Of a DNA stretch of 64,000 nt, positions 1 to 13,808 are shown one piece after another (within the stretch, counting starts at the first letter, position 1; every line of letters begins with the position of its first letter). The notes beneath the pieces are model-generated. The model had not been told where the DNA came from, ran no database searches, and saw nothing but the letters and a program-made list of their open reading frames with translations. A program made the translations under genes and the position numbers. Location of the stretch: the NCBI GenBank assembly GCA_964252035.1, contig OZ176211.1. One strand, written 5' to 3'. The stretch is from Podarcis erhardii. Its lineage: Eukaryota.

Positions 1-197
1 TCCCAGCTTGGAAAAGTGAGAGGCGCAGTGGGAGCAATTCAGTGCTGTGCACAGAAGTTTTGTAAACGGATGTGGAAATGAGGTGACCTGAATTTATGAT
101 TCGAGAAACAGAAAATCCAGATTTGACTGATTCATCCATCCCTATCCAGCACACTACTCATTCCTGGTGATGATAATCCATATGTTATAATTTACTG

Positions 198-520
198 CAT
201 GGGTAGGCAAACTAAGGCCCGGGGGCCGGATCCGGCCCAATCACCTTCTAAATCGGGCCCACAAACAGTCTGGGAATCAGTGTGTTTTTACATGAGTAGA
301 ATGTATCCTTTTGTTTAAAATGCATCTCTGGGTTATTTGTGGGGCCTGCCTGGTGTTTTTACATGAGTAGAATGTGTGCTTTTATTTAAAACGCATCTCT
401 GGGTGATTTGTGGGGCATAGGAATTCATTCATTATTATTTTTTCAAAATATAGTCCAGCCCCCCACAAGGTCTTAGGGACAGTGGACCGGCCCCCTGTTG
501 AAAAAGTTTGCTGACCCCTG
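198..520. mobile_element. hAT-like non-autonomous DNA transposon (MITE)
   Basis: Imperfect 16-bp TIRs (catgggtaggcaaact / agtttgctgacccctg). 8-bp flanks atttactg/gcttactg match 6/8. Internal ~65-bp direct duplication (gtttttacatgagtagaatg...tttgtggggc). Confidence 0.75.
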
Positions 521-2559
521 GCTTACTGTGACATGCATCCTTGGCCAGTGAGACCTGCCCAAAGGCACTATTGAACTTCATGGTTGGGAAGAGATTTGAA
601 TGCTCTTTCCCACAATGCAGCTGCTGTTGAAGAGTTGAGCTTTAAGTACATGACTTGACTGAAAGACAGAAATGAGTAGGGAAGCAGAAATGGAGCCATT
701 CACGTTCACCACTTTTGTGCATTATGCAACAACAGGCTTTTTTTTTTTTTGCAGAAGATAACACTGATTGAAAGAATGCTAAGTAGGCAATGTAAATTTA
801 TGTCATACGTTCCATTACATGTTGAATAGAATATAGTCTGATGTGACTATATTTAATGGAGCTTGAAGTATACATACCATTATATAGCACAGAGATGCAT
901 ACACACACATGAGGAGAGACATTACTAACTATTGAAAAATGATTGTGTGGGGGGTAAAGAACACTACATAAGAGCCATTTTCACCACACAGATTCAAGTA
1001 CTACATTATAAAGAATACTCTCCAGCACTGTTTATGATCTCTGTTTCTTAAAGTGTCATTTGAATGCACTTCCGTTAATTTCACACTATCTCAATGAGAC
1101 ATCTATCTAAAAATATATACTGTCAGCACATTCCACCCCAAAGGAGCCAACATAAACACATTGCAGTGAAAAATATTTATCCTTTCATTCCACCCACTCA
1201 CCCATACTGAAAAGCTAAATTGCAAACACAAATGCACTCTCAATGGTATATAATGTTGCTCTTAAATTTTAAGTATGCCTGGATTCATAATTTTCAGTCT
1301 ATGATTTAAAGAGTTTATACAGATTTTCTTTTTCTAGACCCTTATTGTTGTGTCCCACAAATCAGCCTTATTTCTTTGGGAACTTCCATCATGAAGACGT
1401 CGTCAAAAAGCCTGCAAGTTATTGTTTATTTGGCATGAGACTGGCAAAAGACATGAGCCTTCTTCCAACCCTGTCCCTCCCCAAAAGGCATTCAGCGAGG
1501 TAAGCACCAGTAGCAGATTTATAGGTATGCACAGAATGTGTAAAATTAGGGCCCCTGTGGTTGAGGGGACCAAATAACTGAGAGAATCTGTTTGAGATAT
1601 GACTGCAATTAACTGCCTAATTCCAGTATTTCTAGTTTGTTGTGTTGTTTTCACTTATTTCTCCTGCTCCTCAATTAAAATCATTAGAGGATGATCCAAT
1701 AGGATCATCGTTGAACAGTGGTGCCAGACTTTGACTTCTTACTTTTTTTGTATAAAAACACACACCAAGTCTCTAAACTTTCTAGAAAGAAAGTTATGAA
1801 GCATAATGTGCAGATATCTAGCTAAGCAATTTGTGTTAAATGAACCAGCCTGGCTGCTCCTACCTTTCAGTGTTTTTAGCCAATGAGTGAAGTCAGAACT
1901 GGATTTATGCCACAAGGGGCCCTAAACTCTGAGCTTTTTTTTTAATGAAGTCTCTAGCCCTTCTAGAAATAGAGTTGTGCAGGCAACCTTCTAAGCAAGG
2001 AGAGTCCACTGACACAAACAGAGGGACAGGTATTGATGCCTCTGGCTCTGCAACACAGAGTACTTGCTGAAGTTCAGTTCCAACTGGCTATGACGTTAAC
2101 TCCTCCCCTTCTTTCTGAAGCAAAGACATTGCCTGGGCAGCTGATGTGGGACAAAAATGGGAGAGCATAGGAGAGACTGGATGAGATAGATGAGGGGGGG
2201 AAAGACTCTGGGTTGGCCAGCAGGTACAGTAATGGCTTATCTCACCTGTCCAGCCCTAGGAGCCTTCATAAGAGAGTTGTTTCCAGAGGAAGAACTGTGA
2301 GGGAAGAGAGACTCTGTTTGCCATCAGAGGGTGATTGGTTTCACCTGTGCAACCCTACTTCCTGCCCAAAGAACTTCCAGAACGGCATTGCTGCCACAGG
2401 CATTATGTGTATATGTACTTTAGTGAGCTGAATAGAGTGAGATATTATGAGTTATGGGTGTGTGGAGCGGGTGTGTATGATCTTAACAGCAATTAGTTTA
2501 TTTTTTGGTTGCTATTTTGTTAATATTGTTTTATGGATTATAAATGCTGTTAATCACAT

Positions 2560-2790
2560 AATATGCTTTTTGTCTTAATTGCGGTGTTTAGCTTATTTTT
2601 TTAGTTGTTGCTTTGTTTACAATGTTTTTTAGATTGTAATTCTTCCACTGGTGACTTGTTAATTATTTCATATGATTTATGCTGTACTTGTGATGTTTTA
2701 TTGTGTTCTATAATGTTCTTGTTATGTATTGTTTGTAAGCTGCTTTGGGACTGATTTGAATGAAAGGCAGCATAGAAATATAACAAATCA
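2560..2790 (+). mobile_element. Old L2-type LINE 3' tail
   Basis: T-rich run ending gtaagctgctttggg...gaaaggcagcatagaaat followed by aaatc repeats, typical of squamate L2 3' ends as recalled. Confidence 0.5.
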
Positions 2791-5517
2791 AATCAAAAGG
2801 AAAGATGCTACTACCCCGTTGGGTTTTTGGAGGATGTTGGGGTTGGGGAAGTTCTGAGACCATTCCATCTCCTTTGCTTTGGCTGCTTATGGAAGGACTT
2901 TTTGAAAAAGGGCAGGGTGGGGGGAGAGGCTTTTTGAAAAGCATGCAGAAAAGATGTGCTGGGAACTATTTGCCTCCTCTTTGTGTTGCTGCCTGAAGAG
3001 GGTTTCACTCACCCTCAGTAAACCCCCCTCCCACATGTAGCTTCATCCACAGAGTTAGTGCAGGTTAATGGTTCTTCTCTTTCAGTTCCCTGTCTCAACT
3101 GAGAGAGGGGTGTTGATTCAGTGCCCTCATTGCTTGAAAGTCACATCAACTACTGTGTCAGTCTCCACTAGTCCAAACGGAAGACTATGAAAATAGGAAG
3201 GCAAACTTTCCAATATCCCTCACCATAAGAAACCCCTTGTTTCTGGCTTAGTGCAGAATCAACTCCACAGAAATCAGAGCCCTTAGAGAATCAGATAATT
3301 ACCATTTAATCCACAGTAACATAATTAACTGCAAAATGAATTTCTTGTCAGAAGAAAATTACTCAGGTTAATCTATGAATGCAATCATACACTATATGCA
3401 CTATAGGTAAAAGGTACCCAGACTTTTCAGTAGGTGAGCAAAGAGGAATTTAGTTCATTCTGAGAAATCCTTAGTGTTTTGCAGTTAATGGCCAAAAAGT
3501 GATATGGAGTGTTGTGGAAGACATACACACATAACCAGAGATGTGCTTTGCATTGAACTTCCATTCCCCAAAGGGCAAGCCACTGTTAAGTATCAAGGCA
3601 ACGTATCTCTTTGGTAGTGGTAGGGCTGCCATATATTCTCTTCTTGTCTTTTTTGAGTTTTTCACTTTGAAATATAGCAAACCTAGGTAGTGGAAACTAT
3701 TTTGCAGTTACACATACCAAAAAAACAACAACCCAGGACAAAGCTCCAGCTGTGAGACTGTTTCTACTTTTTGAGTGTGGGTCACATCTGAATAGATGTT
3801 ATTTGTTTTAGACGAATTTAAACTGGTTGTTGTTGTTGTTGGTGGTGTGTATTGGTATAAATTTTTAAGTTCTTCTTGCTACCCCTAAGATCTTTTGTGA
3901 CTACAGTGACCTAGAAATGTGAGTAAATATAAATAAATAACCTAATAGAAGTGTACTTTTTACCAACAAAGGATACTGGGACAAGCCTGATGGTAGCCAA
4001 ACTAAACATATTATAGGCACATAAATAAGCCAAGACTGGATGGTAATCAATGTGATTCCTGTTTCTTTCACAATGCCTTTGATTTTACTTATTTTAACTC
4101 ACTTCTCTTCCTTTGATAATTCAAAAAGCTCTCAGGTTTCCCACTACCTGATTAAAAACAGCATGGTTAATAATTCACAAACCAAAGGGAACCAGAGATG
4201 AATTCTATATTTAACACAACAATTGCTGAATACTAGCTAAAAAAATTATCTACTGTTCTTTTTTGTTGTTGTTATTTTGTTGTGCTTTAAGTTTGGCTGC
4301 TTCTGACAAAGAGCTGAAATTAATTCACAATTCTTCTGTGGCTCATCCAAAACAGAGCACATCTCATTAACATTCCATCATAAATCCTCTGAGCTTGAAA
4401 GGAAAAGGAAACAATGGGATAAAATCTCACTCTCAAGTAATAAAGATGGAAGCAGACATTCCAGCACAGCATCTAATCACAGTTGGCATGATTTATTTAC
4501 AGTTTTGCAACTCTTCTGTGGTTTGGCACAATATGAAATTGAGGTTTCACTTGGCAAATGCTTTAACAGTTCCAGTTTTTCCCACTTGGTCAGGGTATAA
4601 GATTATATGACTGCTTGCTGCTTTTGACTGTCATGTCAAATCAGATCCAGACCCAACAGAGAGCAGCTATTACCCCAATGACATTCAGCCAATAACTTAA
4701 CAGAGTCTATCTGAGAAAACAGTGGGAGTCACTAGGGAAACAGCACCATAGGATGCCTGTTCCAAGATAAGCCATATAAGAATTCTTAGAATCATTTCCA
4801 CTAGCAGTTATGCACTTGATACAGCCTTATGTGAATAGGCCATCCACACAAATATATCCTAAATGATCCAATGAGCCACAGTTTGGCTTACAGACAATTG
4901 CAGGACCTCATATTTATATACAAGCAAACACAGCTAGCATGCAACAAAACACACACATTAAATCTTTTTATTGTTCAGCAAATCATGCACAAATCCAAAT
5001 AATCTTTTTATGAGGAAATGATGGTCTGCATAATGAACCCACCAGAAATCAATTGCCACTCCCCCCCCCTTGAGTCCAAGGCAATTCCACTGTTTGTTAT
5101 GTGAAGACCTGGGAGGGTGTGTGAGACATTGCCTGCCGTAGGTGCTGTACGAAGTCTGGGCTCAAAGTGTTTATCCTCAAATTGTGTCAGATTCAAGTCA
5201 GTAGGTGTGGTAATGGAATCAAGTGCACCATCCTGCTGGTGAAATGGGGCCCTGCCCCCCCCCCCACATGGCTCCTTACACCCTCCATTATTAGCTCAGG
5301 AGTTTTTGGAGCACCACTAGAACACCATGCTGGGGGAGGTAAATGGAGATTGTTCCATTGGCCAAGCTTGCACTGATGAAATAATTGGAAAAGCATGATG
5401 CTGAATTCCTCCCATTGCCTGTTCTCAAACCTTCCTTAGTTGTAAAACCTAAGCATGCATCCCTTCTTGCACATGAATCCCACCACCACCACCACAGTAA
5501 ACCTGAGTTAAGCAATA

Positions 5518-5716
5518 CAGTGGTACCTCGGGTTACAGACTCTGCTAAGCCAGAAATTGTACCTCGGGTTAAGAAATTTGCTTCAGGATGAGAACAGAAA
5601 TTGTGTGGCGGCGGCGAGAGGCCCCATTAGCTAAAGTGGTGCTTCAGGTTAGGAACAGTTTCAGGTTAAGAATAGACCTCCAGAACGAATTAAGTTCTTA
5701 ACCCAAGATGCCACTG
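5518..5716 (+). mobile_element. Tc1/mariner (Tigger/pogo-like) MITE, copy 1
   Basis: TIRs cagtggtacctc / gatgccactg, TA on both sides, shared body with the copies at 34892 and 49561. Confidence 0.85.
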
Positions 5717-5906
5717 TACATATAACTGATATTGAAGCCAGGGCCTCAAAGTGAGTGTTCTTGGATTATGACTGCCAGGTAAAATCACAAACTCAGGTAG
5801 AACAGGTGGGGAACTCACAAATTGGATTGGGAGGAATTTGTGCCTGAGAGCAGAGGACAGGGCACAGTGCGGACAATCCTTCAGCTCAATCCCAAAACCT
5901 TGACTA

Positions 5907-6066
5907 GGGCTACAGATCCATAGTAGAGCATTTGCTCTGCATGCAAATGGTCCCAAATTCAATCCCTGGCATATCTAGGTAGGGCTGGAGAAGCCTTCGG
6001 TCTGAACTCTGGAGAGCCACTGCTATTCAATGTGCACCAACAGTCTGACTCAAAATACAATGTTCC
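5907..6066 (+). mobile_element. Degenerate tRNA-derived SINE (Squam2-like)
   Basis: A-box-like (tagtagagca) and B-box-like (aattcaatccc) head, then ctggagagccactgc...gtctgactc...tgttcc body. Confidence 0.65.
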
Positions 6067-6182
6067 ATTGTTACAATGCACATATGTACCAGACTTTGGA
6101 GGCTCTAGATATAATTTATATAATCTAAACACAAACACACAGAGACACTAGAAGTCTAAGAAATACAGTGTAAAGGTAGCGG

Positions 6183-6290
6183 AAGAGCTGTAACTAAGTG
6201 GTAGAAGACATACTTTGTATGCAGAAGGTCCAGGTTCAATCTCCGGCATTCTGGATATGTCTGGAGAATCTCATGCCTGAAACCCTGGAA
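6183..6290 (+). mobile_element. Degenerate tRNA-derived SINE (Squam2-like), 3'-truncated
   Basis: gctgtaactaagtggtag...gcagaaggtccaggttcaatctcc head, then gcctgaaaccctgga. Confidence 0.6.
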
Positions 6291-6351
6291 AAACTCTGTT
6301 AAGTAAATTGTGTTTTCTGTTTCCAATTGTTCAGAACTTTGTTAAGCAGAC

Positions 6352-6354
<3 letters not shown>

Positions 6355-6382
<28 letters not shown>
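6355..6382. repeat. (AGC)9 microsatellite
   Basis: Direct reading; intronic, about 90 nt beyond the 6474 donor. Confidence 0.95.
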
Positions 6383-6473
6383 CACTCACTGTTAAAATCT
6401 ATCACAGCTGGCTAAATCCACACAGCTTGAAAGAAATACATATAACTCTGAGTAGTTTGACCATTGCACTCAC

Positions 6474-6648
6474 GTAGTATGATCAGTCAACGGTCTATGG
6501 CCCTCTCCACCTGGGTGGATTTCGGCTCCTTTTCCAAGGCCCCACTGGAATATATTAACAGTATGGGTTGAAGCTGTTTTTGCCACTTGAGCAGCAGGCT
6601 GATACCATTCACAGAAGTGTCCACTGTCAAAGTCACAAGCATCTGAGG
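6474..6648 (-). CDS. MALRD1: MALRD1 exon, start of MAM6 (175 nt, phase 1 to 2)
   Basis: TTTCAATAG acceptor, TAC|GTGAGT donor. Translates (A)SDACDFDSGHFCEWYQPAAQVAKTASTHTVNIFQWGLGKGAEIHPGGEGHRPLTDHT(T). I did not find the next exon in 1-6473. Confidence 0.92.
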
Positions 6649-6936
6649 CTATTGAAACAAGAAAGAAAAGAACATTGGAATTATATTGAACAATATAGAC
6701 ATGAAGTGTCATTTCATTTCCATGGACAGTTTGGCTAGTTTCTTTACAAGGCACTAGTAGTTGCTGTGTGAACACTCTCACTGGTACTCTGTGTCAGAGC
6801 AATGGAAACTTTGTTATTTCAAGCAATAAGAGCCTGCCCAAAATGTTCTTCCCCCGTGATGGTTTTTAGCCTTTTTATGATATACTGTACTGAAAGTTGT
6901 GTTCTAAACTGAAGGGTGGGACATTAAAATTTCCAA

Positions 6937-6967
6937 AACCAACCAACCAACCAACCAACCAACCAAC
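6937..6967. repeat. (AACC)7 microsatellite
   Basis: Direct reading. Confidence 0.95.
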
Positions 6968-7984
6968 AAAATGGTTCTGGCTGGCTACTGCTCTAAATAT
7001 GATCAGCAGAATTGTTAAAGCATGATTTTGTATTTGTGTCTCTTACAAGAGAGCAGATTTAACATACTATTTTCCTGACTGTTTCTTTTATAGCTCTGCT
7101 TAAAAGCAACCCCTCCCCTCATTTCAAAAAGTTAGCTTTTGTAGTATTAAACAAAATATTGTTCTCCTTCTGAACAGTAGTCATAAGTGAAGGGGTTTTG
7201 TTCTTATAATAATTGTTCCTAAATTTAGGCTGTCAATTGTACTGGTGACATGACAGCCTGTTATGTTCCTAGGTATGACAACTGATGTGAAGGCTTTTGC
7301 CTTTTATAAATAAAGAATTCATTTATTCAATAAAACCACAAAGCTATTTTGAAGTCTGTGGCATCCCTGTCAAGTTTTGAAAGCCACTGTCTCCAGAATA
7401 TTTATTTAACAAGAATGAAACAGAATATATATATTAAATTCATTAACTGTTATGGAACCATTAAGACCTACCATGTGTTATGCAGAGCAAATTTTTTAGG
7501 TTGAGCTTTTTGGTTATGAGCTATTAAATTGGCTCTATCAAGTACTATGAAATCAACAATGATTATACAGTACGCTTGTAGGCTTATTTTGCATAAGAAA
7601 CCAAGCTAGATAACTTAATGGCACATATTTTCAACTCACTGCTTCAAATTTCCATAGCCTTTTGCATGCAGATGAGTGCAAAGGTGCTTTGCAGTCATTG
7701 GTCAGTTTAGTAAACCAAACAATTATATGTAACTTTAAAAATGAGGAATGGGCAGAACAATGCATGCTGGAGGCATTTCTTCTAAATTACTGCCATTTCA
7801 AATCCCAGCATCAAACGAAAGAGCACACAACAGTTTCTTTGAGTGAAAAACCTAAACTGAATTACTTTGAGAATGGGGAAGATACAAAAAAAAATTGAGA
7901 TATGCACATAGAATAGCAATCTAATATGAACATGGAATAGCACCATGAAAGAATCAGGTCAACTTAATGCAGCAGTATCCATTA

Positions 7985-8179
<195 letters not shown>

Positions 8180-8239
8180 TTAAGAAGCAAATGGTTACAG
8201 TTATCTCTTATGAGTTTCGCAAATACCCTATTTTTTCAT

Positions 8240-8577
8240 ATATGAGGAATGGCCCTTAGCATGGAAAGCAAGCCCAATGAGAAGAGGTTTAACCTGGAGA
8301 AAAGAAGACTGAGCGGGTGACATTCAAATAGCTGGGCAGGTATAGGTGTTTGCTCTTTGCAAGATCTAATGCACTTAAGTTATAGGAGGATAGGTGTTGT
8401 TGTTTTTTGTTGAACAGTAAGTGATACTCCTTGACTCTAAGAGCCATTCAACAGTGGAACCAATTACCTGGAAGGGCAGTGGGCTCTCCCTCATATAGAG
8501 CTCTGGAATTCTTGCCTTGATAGGAGGTTGGACTAGGTGGTCTATAAAGCTCTCTCTAACTCAACGATTCTATGATT
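8240..8577 (+). mobile_element. CR1 LINE 3' fragment
   Basis: tttaacctggagaaaagaagactgag...ggaggttggactag...gattctatgatt, the CR1 3' terminal motif. Fills most of the 523-nt intron between two exons. Confidence 0.75.
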
Positions 8578-8657
8578 TCTTCCAAAATGGCTATTCATTT
8601 TCCTGCATTCTGCATTTCTGGGATTGGGAACTTCATTTGCATGCAAACTATAAGTCA

Positions 8658-8789
<132 letters not shown>

Positions 8790-11730
8790 CTAAGAAAAAG
8801 CAATAATTAAAAAGCCATCTGTCACCGCCACTGAGAGGATTTCCACTTCTAATTACATGTTTAATATCCATTTATACCCTCCCCTCAAAAGAGTACGATT
8901 TTGACTTTTTATGAAGCGCTTATAGCCTTTCTTGAGGATAAACTGTGTTTATGAGAGAAACTAATCATGATTAACTCTCCCTGGTGTTCCTTTTAATCAC
9001 AAGGAACACTTAAAGCATTAGTGTGGTTGGCTACACAGCCATGTGTAAGCCCATTAAAATATCACTGTAATATAGAATTATGGCAAGATTCTATAGTTAG
9101 AGCCTCATCATTGTTAGCACATTCAGTAGTAATCATTACATAATTAATCATCGTTAATGATTTCAGTCATCATGTGTCTGAAGCATAATATTAGGGGAAT
9201 ACCATTAAAATGAACCAAAATGAAGATGCTATTATATTATTCGACGAACAGTAAAGAAATAGCATTTCAAGAAATGGTATTAGAGAACAGACTTTCTATA
9301 TGGAGGTTCCCTTTAGATGGCACCCCAGCCATATGTGAGGCCTTATCCTGGAAGCACATGTATATGACTCAACTACCTGGGCAGGAACGAATCACAAGAA
9401 CTTCACATCATGCTGAAGAGATATCTGAGTATAATCAATATCCATGCTATTATGGTTTTTATCTTATGCTAAATAAAGTGGTGCAACCTAAATTTAAACT
9501 CCAGTTCAAATACAATGTGTTGGACTCAACATAACACTAAGTTGCTGGTTTGGTCAGCACAAGATTTCTACTTGTGCAATGTAACATTCTCCCCATCTCC
9601 TTACCCCATGCACCCCATAAATCTGTTCTGGGGTTTCCCCTACCCCTATGGAGAATATTTGAGGACAGTGTGGGGCATGTGGGGGAAGAAGACATAAAGC
9701 CCCGTTGCACTGGCAGTAATCCTTCTGCCAGTGCTTTTATTTAGTTAAATACCCCCAGTTATATTTCATTATGTCCAGAGTTTAAAGGACTTGCCTTGAC
9801 AGAGAGACACCCAGGTAGCTCCCCAATTAAGCTGCCCCTGAAGTCTGCAGAAGCTTTGAAAGTGGCATGCCATATGAGATGTCAGGCACTGGGAAGGAAT
9901 ACAAACAAAGACAGAGGGACACTTTTTTCTTGTGAGATCTTTTAGATATTGTCCACAGTATTTTAGATTGGAGAGCTCATATTCTGTCTTAGTCTTAGTC
10001 TTGGACACTGTTAGGGCATTCTTTATCAGCACAAAAGACGGAGAGCCTGATTATCTGCTCTGATTCCAAAATCTATTATTGGAAACAGTAAAATGAAGGA
10101 TTTCTGCCAAGGGCCCTTCAACCTGGAGAGAACTAACCAGGGTAGAATAGTGAGAACACGGTCAAATAAGGAACATGAGGACACATTCCCAACATATGTG
10201 CCTGTGTGCTCCTTTCTTGCTTTACATAAGAACAGGAAGGGGAGCTACCAGTTTCTTCCTTCCTACACACCCTAACAAGTTTCATTATCAAGGCCTAACT
10301 GGATGAGATGACATTAAAATCAGGACTGGATCCCCCATCTCTTTAAATTTTATAAATTTCCTGTTTTGGAAAAGGACAGATTAGCGTTTCCCAGTCTGGG
10401 TAGTACCATCCATGTAGATAGCATAATTTCCAACATCAGCTATGCAGTACAGGCAGTAGATCAAAACTGCACATTCAGATGTCATGTGGTTTGGGGAAAT
10501 GATTGAACACCTATAAAACCCTTGCATGCACATGCCCTACAATAATGCTCTCGTCAATCATAAAAAGCAGACACATGAATCCCACAGTATGGATAAACAG
10601 AAAGATACATCTTAGTTTCAATATTAGATTTCCATGCGCCATAAGCTACAGGTGATAATTTAGACAATACATCCATATTTTTCAAAACTAAAGAGTGACA
10701 AGAAAAAAATAAGCTGGAAAAGTGCAACTTAAATCGTAATGCAACTGATATTTTCAAAAACAAATGTTCCTCATCAGACATTTACATAAGATGATGTTCT
10801 TTTCAGTTCTGTATCATTGGCATTTAGGTGAGGGAATGAAGGATGGGGATGTGGTAAACAGATTCAGGTCAAATGTGGGAATGTATGTTTAGACATTATG
10901 TATTGCTACATCCTTTCTCCTACAGCTAATTAGTTCTTGTAAATATTTTCACTTTCGGAAAACTAGCAATGAATAACAAATAGGAAGGATTCTTGCAAGA
11001 TACAAAAAAGATGAGTGTCTGTTTTTACATGCCAGGAGCTTCCCTTTGATAGGCAGACAAACTCCAGTTAGCTACAATTCAGTGCAGATAAAGTAAATTT
11101 GCCAATAGAAGTGTGGATGTGGGAGAATAATAACGTGAAAGGAATTCATCCTAAGAGACTGTCAAAGGAAGAAAAATACCAAGACTGCATTACAATAAAC
11201 ATATAGTCAAAATTATTTGTGTACAATGCCACATTATTTCCAAAATTAGTCTGAATATTCAATTTGGGGTTTTCCTTTATTTAATATGTTACGGATAAAT
11301 AATAGCCTTGCTTTGGATAATGGGATATTGATTATAAAGTATAACACATCCTTTCAGTCTGGTCTTGGAGGCAGAGTACACATGATGTGTACACAATCCA
11401 TATCTATCCTGTGTCTGTCCTAGCTGTGTTTTAAGTTCAGCACTGTGTACACAGATCTGTGTCACTTATTAAATAGAGGAGGATACAGTAGCATGAACTG
11501 TTGGAGCTAGGTCTTCATTCAGGAAAGGGTACACTTGGCAAAGCAAATAGAGGTGGCAAAAGACACTTGACTACCACTGTCACCTGCACATTTGTAACTG
11601 AGGCAAAATCAAGAGTACCTACCCCCAAACAAAAAAAAACTCTTTTAGAACAGGTTGAAGACTTCTTCCAGACCCATCAGTACCACCAACCAATAGTAAC
11701 TGTTTTGTCTGGATGTTATTTTTAAAATTA

Positions 11731-12102
11731 TGGGACGCGGGTGGCGCTGTGGGTAAAACCTCAGTGCCTAGGACTTGCTGATCAAAAGGTTGGCGGTTCA
11801 AATCCCCACGCGACGGGGTGAGCTTCCGTCGTTCGGTCCCAGCTCCTGCCCACCTAGCAGTTCGAAAGCACCCTTAAGTGCAAGTAGATAAATAGGTACC
11901 GCTTTATAGCGGGAAGGTAAACGGCGTTTCCGTGTGCTGCGCTGGTGCTGGCTCGCCAGTTGCAGCTTCGTCACGCTGGCCACGTGACCCAGAAGTGTCT
12001 TCGGACGGCGCCGGCTCCCGACCTCTTGAGCGAGATGAGCGCGCAACCCTAGAGTCGGACACGACTGGCCCATACGGGCAGGGGTACCTTTACCTTTACC
12101 TT
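11731..12102 (+). mobile_element. Full-length Sauria SINE (Squam1)
   Basis: gggacgcgggtggcgctgtggg head, B box ggttcaaatccc, (acctt)n tail. Perfect 15-bp TSD ttatttttaaaatta at 11716-11730 and 12103-12117. Confidence 0.95.
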
Positions 12103-13030
12103 TTATTTTTAAAATTAGAACTACTTACTGTACATTCTGGACCTGCCATCATCTGACACAGTTGCCATCTTCTCCTGCCCATCTTCCACCCTTATACTCA
12201 ACTGCATTCACAGACTTCAGACTAATTGTCATTAATTGAGAACATTAACTGAGAAAATCCTGATAGTACAGTTTCTGCTGTTTCCAAACTGGGAGCTCTT
12301 AGGTCCAAACAAGAAGTTACTTTAAGTGCATAGCAAGTTACTATGTGTTTTTCTTTTCCATATTTACTTACTGGTGCTGAGGTGGCCGATTTTAACTGGG
12401 ACTGCAAGACGAGGCAATGGGATGATTAACCTTTTCCTTCCCAGCTGTGACCCCAATCACACCCACACCCACCCCTGAGGCTTAGGGAGGGGCAAAGACC
12501 CACCACACCTGTAATCAAATACGTAAAAATATAGCACAACACAACTGACCCTTAGATATATCCAAGATAATTCTTACTAAGCAATCCTGATTTCTGCTCT
12601 TCATGATACATAGCAAAGAGGTTTTTCACAAAACTCCAAAGAAAAATTAAATGTTCTGCCATAGTTACCACTGTAAAGGTGCAAATAGGGTCAGTTTCTT
12701 ATCTACTTTTTTTTTTGTAGTGAAGAAAGATTTGTCAGAATTCAGTTCCAAAATTCAAGCCATTTTAAAAAGCATCTGCCAGCTGTGTATGTGCAAACCT
12801 CAGATTCCATTATATATACTGTACCATCCTCCAGGGAACTCATTTACCATGAAGCTAATTTCACATCTCATTTATTATCTGAATGAGGATAAATAGTTTC
12901 CAGTTTCTTTTAGCTCTAAGAACTTTGCAGATCCAGCTTGAATGAAACTTACAAGGCTCATATGTAGTTGGTCAAATATTACATAAGAAATAATTCTCTG
13001 TAAATGAGAATTATACATTATATTTAACTT

Positions 13031-13516
13031 TGTTGTTGTTTAGTCGTTTAGTCGTGTCCGACTCTTCGTGACCCCATGGACCAGAGCACGCCAGGCACTT
13101 CTGTCTGCCTCGCGCAGTTTGGTCAGACTCATGTTTGTAGCTTCCAGAACACTGTCTAACCATCTCATCCTCTGTCGTCCCCTTCTTCTTGTGGCCTCAA
13201 TCTTTCCCAGCATCAGGGTCTTTTCCAGGGAGTCTTCTCTCCTCATGAGGTGGCCAAAGTATTGGAGCCTCAGTTTCACGATCTGTCCTTCCAGTGAGCA
13301 CTCAGGGCTGATTTCCTTAAGAATGGATACGTTTGATCTTCTTGCAGTCCATGGGACTCTCAAGAGTCTCCTCCAGCACCATAATTCAAAAGCATCAATT
13401 CTTCGGCGATAAGCCTTCTTTATGGTCCAGCTCTCACTTCCATACATCACTACTGGGAAAACCATGGCTTTTACTATACGGACCTTTGTTGGCAAGGTGA
13501 TGTCTCTGCTTTTTAA
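13031..13516 (-). mobile_element. Bov-B (RTE clade) LINE, 5'-truncated
   Basis: ORF 13040-13495 (IVKAMVFPVVMYGSESWTIKKA...RLQYFGH...RWLDSV...HGVTKSRTRLND) is the Bov-B ORF C-terminus, with a (CAA)n tail. Perfect 12-bp TSD tatatttaactt at 13019-13030 and 13517-13528. Confidence 0.95.
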
Positions 13517-13688
13517 TATATTTAACTTACCGTATATTAAAGAGAAATACTGATTATTTTTAGAATAAATTTAGAACTTTCTGTTATCTAAAACTGCTGC
13601 AGTAAGGACAAAGCTGATGCTATGGAAATTCATAGGTTAATATGTCTCTTGGCAGATATGAAGGCAATTCCTTCCAACAGTAGTATGA

Positions 13689-13808
13689 CCCATTCTTCTC
13701 AATTCCTCCATAAGTTCTGTGGTTATTCAGAATGTAGAGTTATTTAATCCCATTCTTTCCAATTCCTCCATAAGTTCTGTGGTTATTCAGAATGTATAGT
13801 TATTTAAT
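13689..13808. repeat. Tandem duplication, 2 x 60 bp
   Basis: Units 13689-13748 and 13749-13808 differ at 3 positions. Confidence 0.95.

Noticed and set aside
1976-2398. TGT...ACA-bounded, GC-richer block that might be a solo LTR
   Set aside because: No TSD (gagt vs ggca), weak terminal inverted repeat and no clear poly(A) signal.
5385-5591. ORF with a His run (HESHHHHHS)
   Set aside because: Derived from a short (cac)n run and runs into a MITE; no splice or domain support.
1-6473. Expected next MALRD1 exon (phase 2 start, GWYLYADSS-like)
   Set aside because: Not found by manual scan of the minus strand; it probably lies beyond the window edge.
9707-9734. Perfect 10-bp stem with 8-nt loop (gcactggcag/ctgccagtgc), terminator-like
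   Set aside because: The context is eukaryotic and it appears to be part of an old palindromic repeat, so there is no basis to call a terminator.
13068-13412. 114-aa + strand ORF, and similar ORFs at 52931-53872 on the minus strand
   Set aside because: Antisense shadows of the Bov-B and L1 coding sequences.
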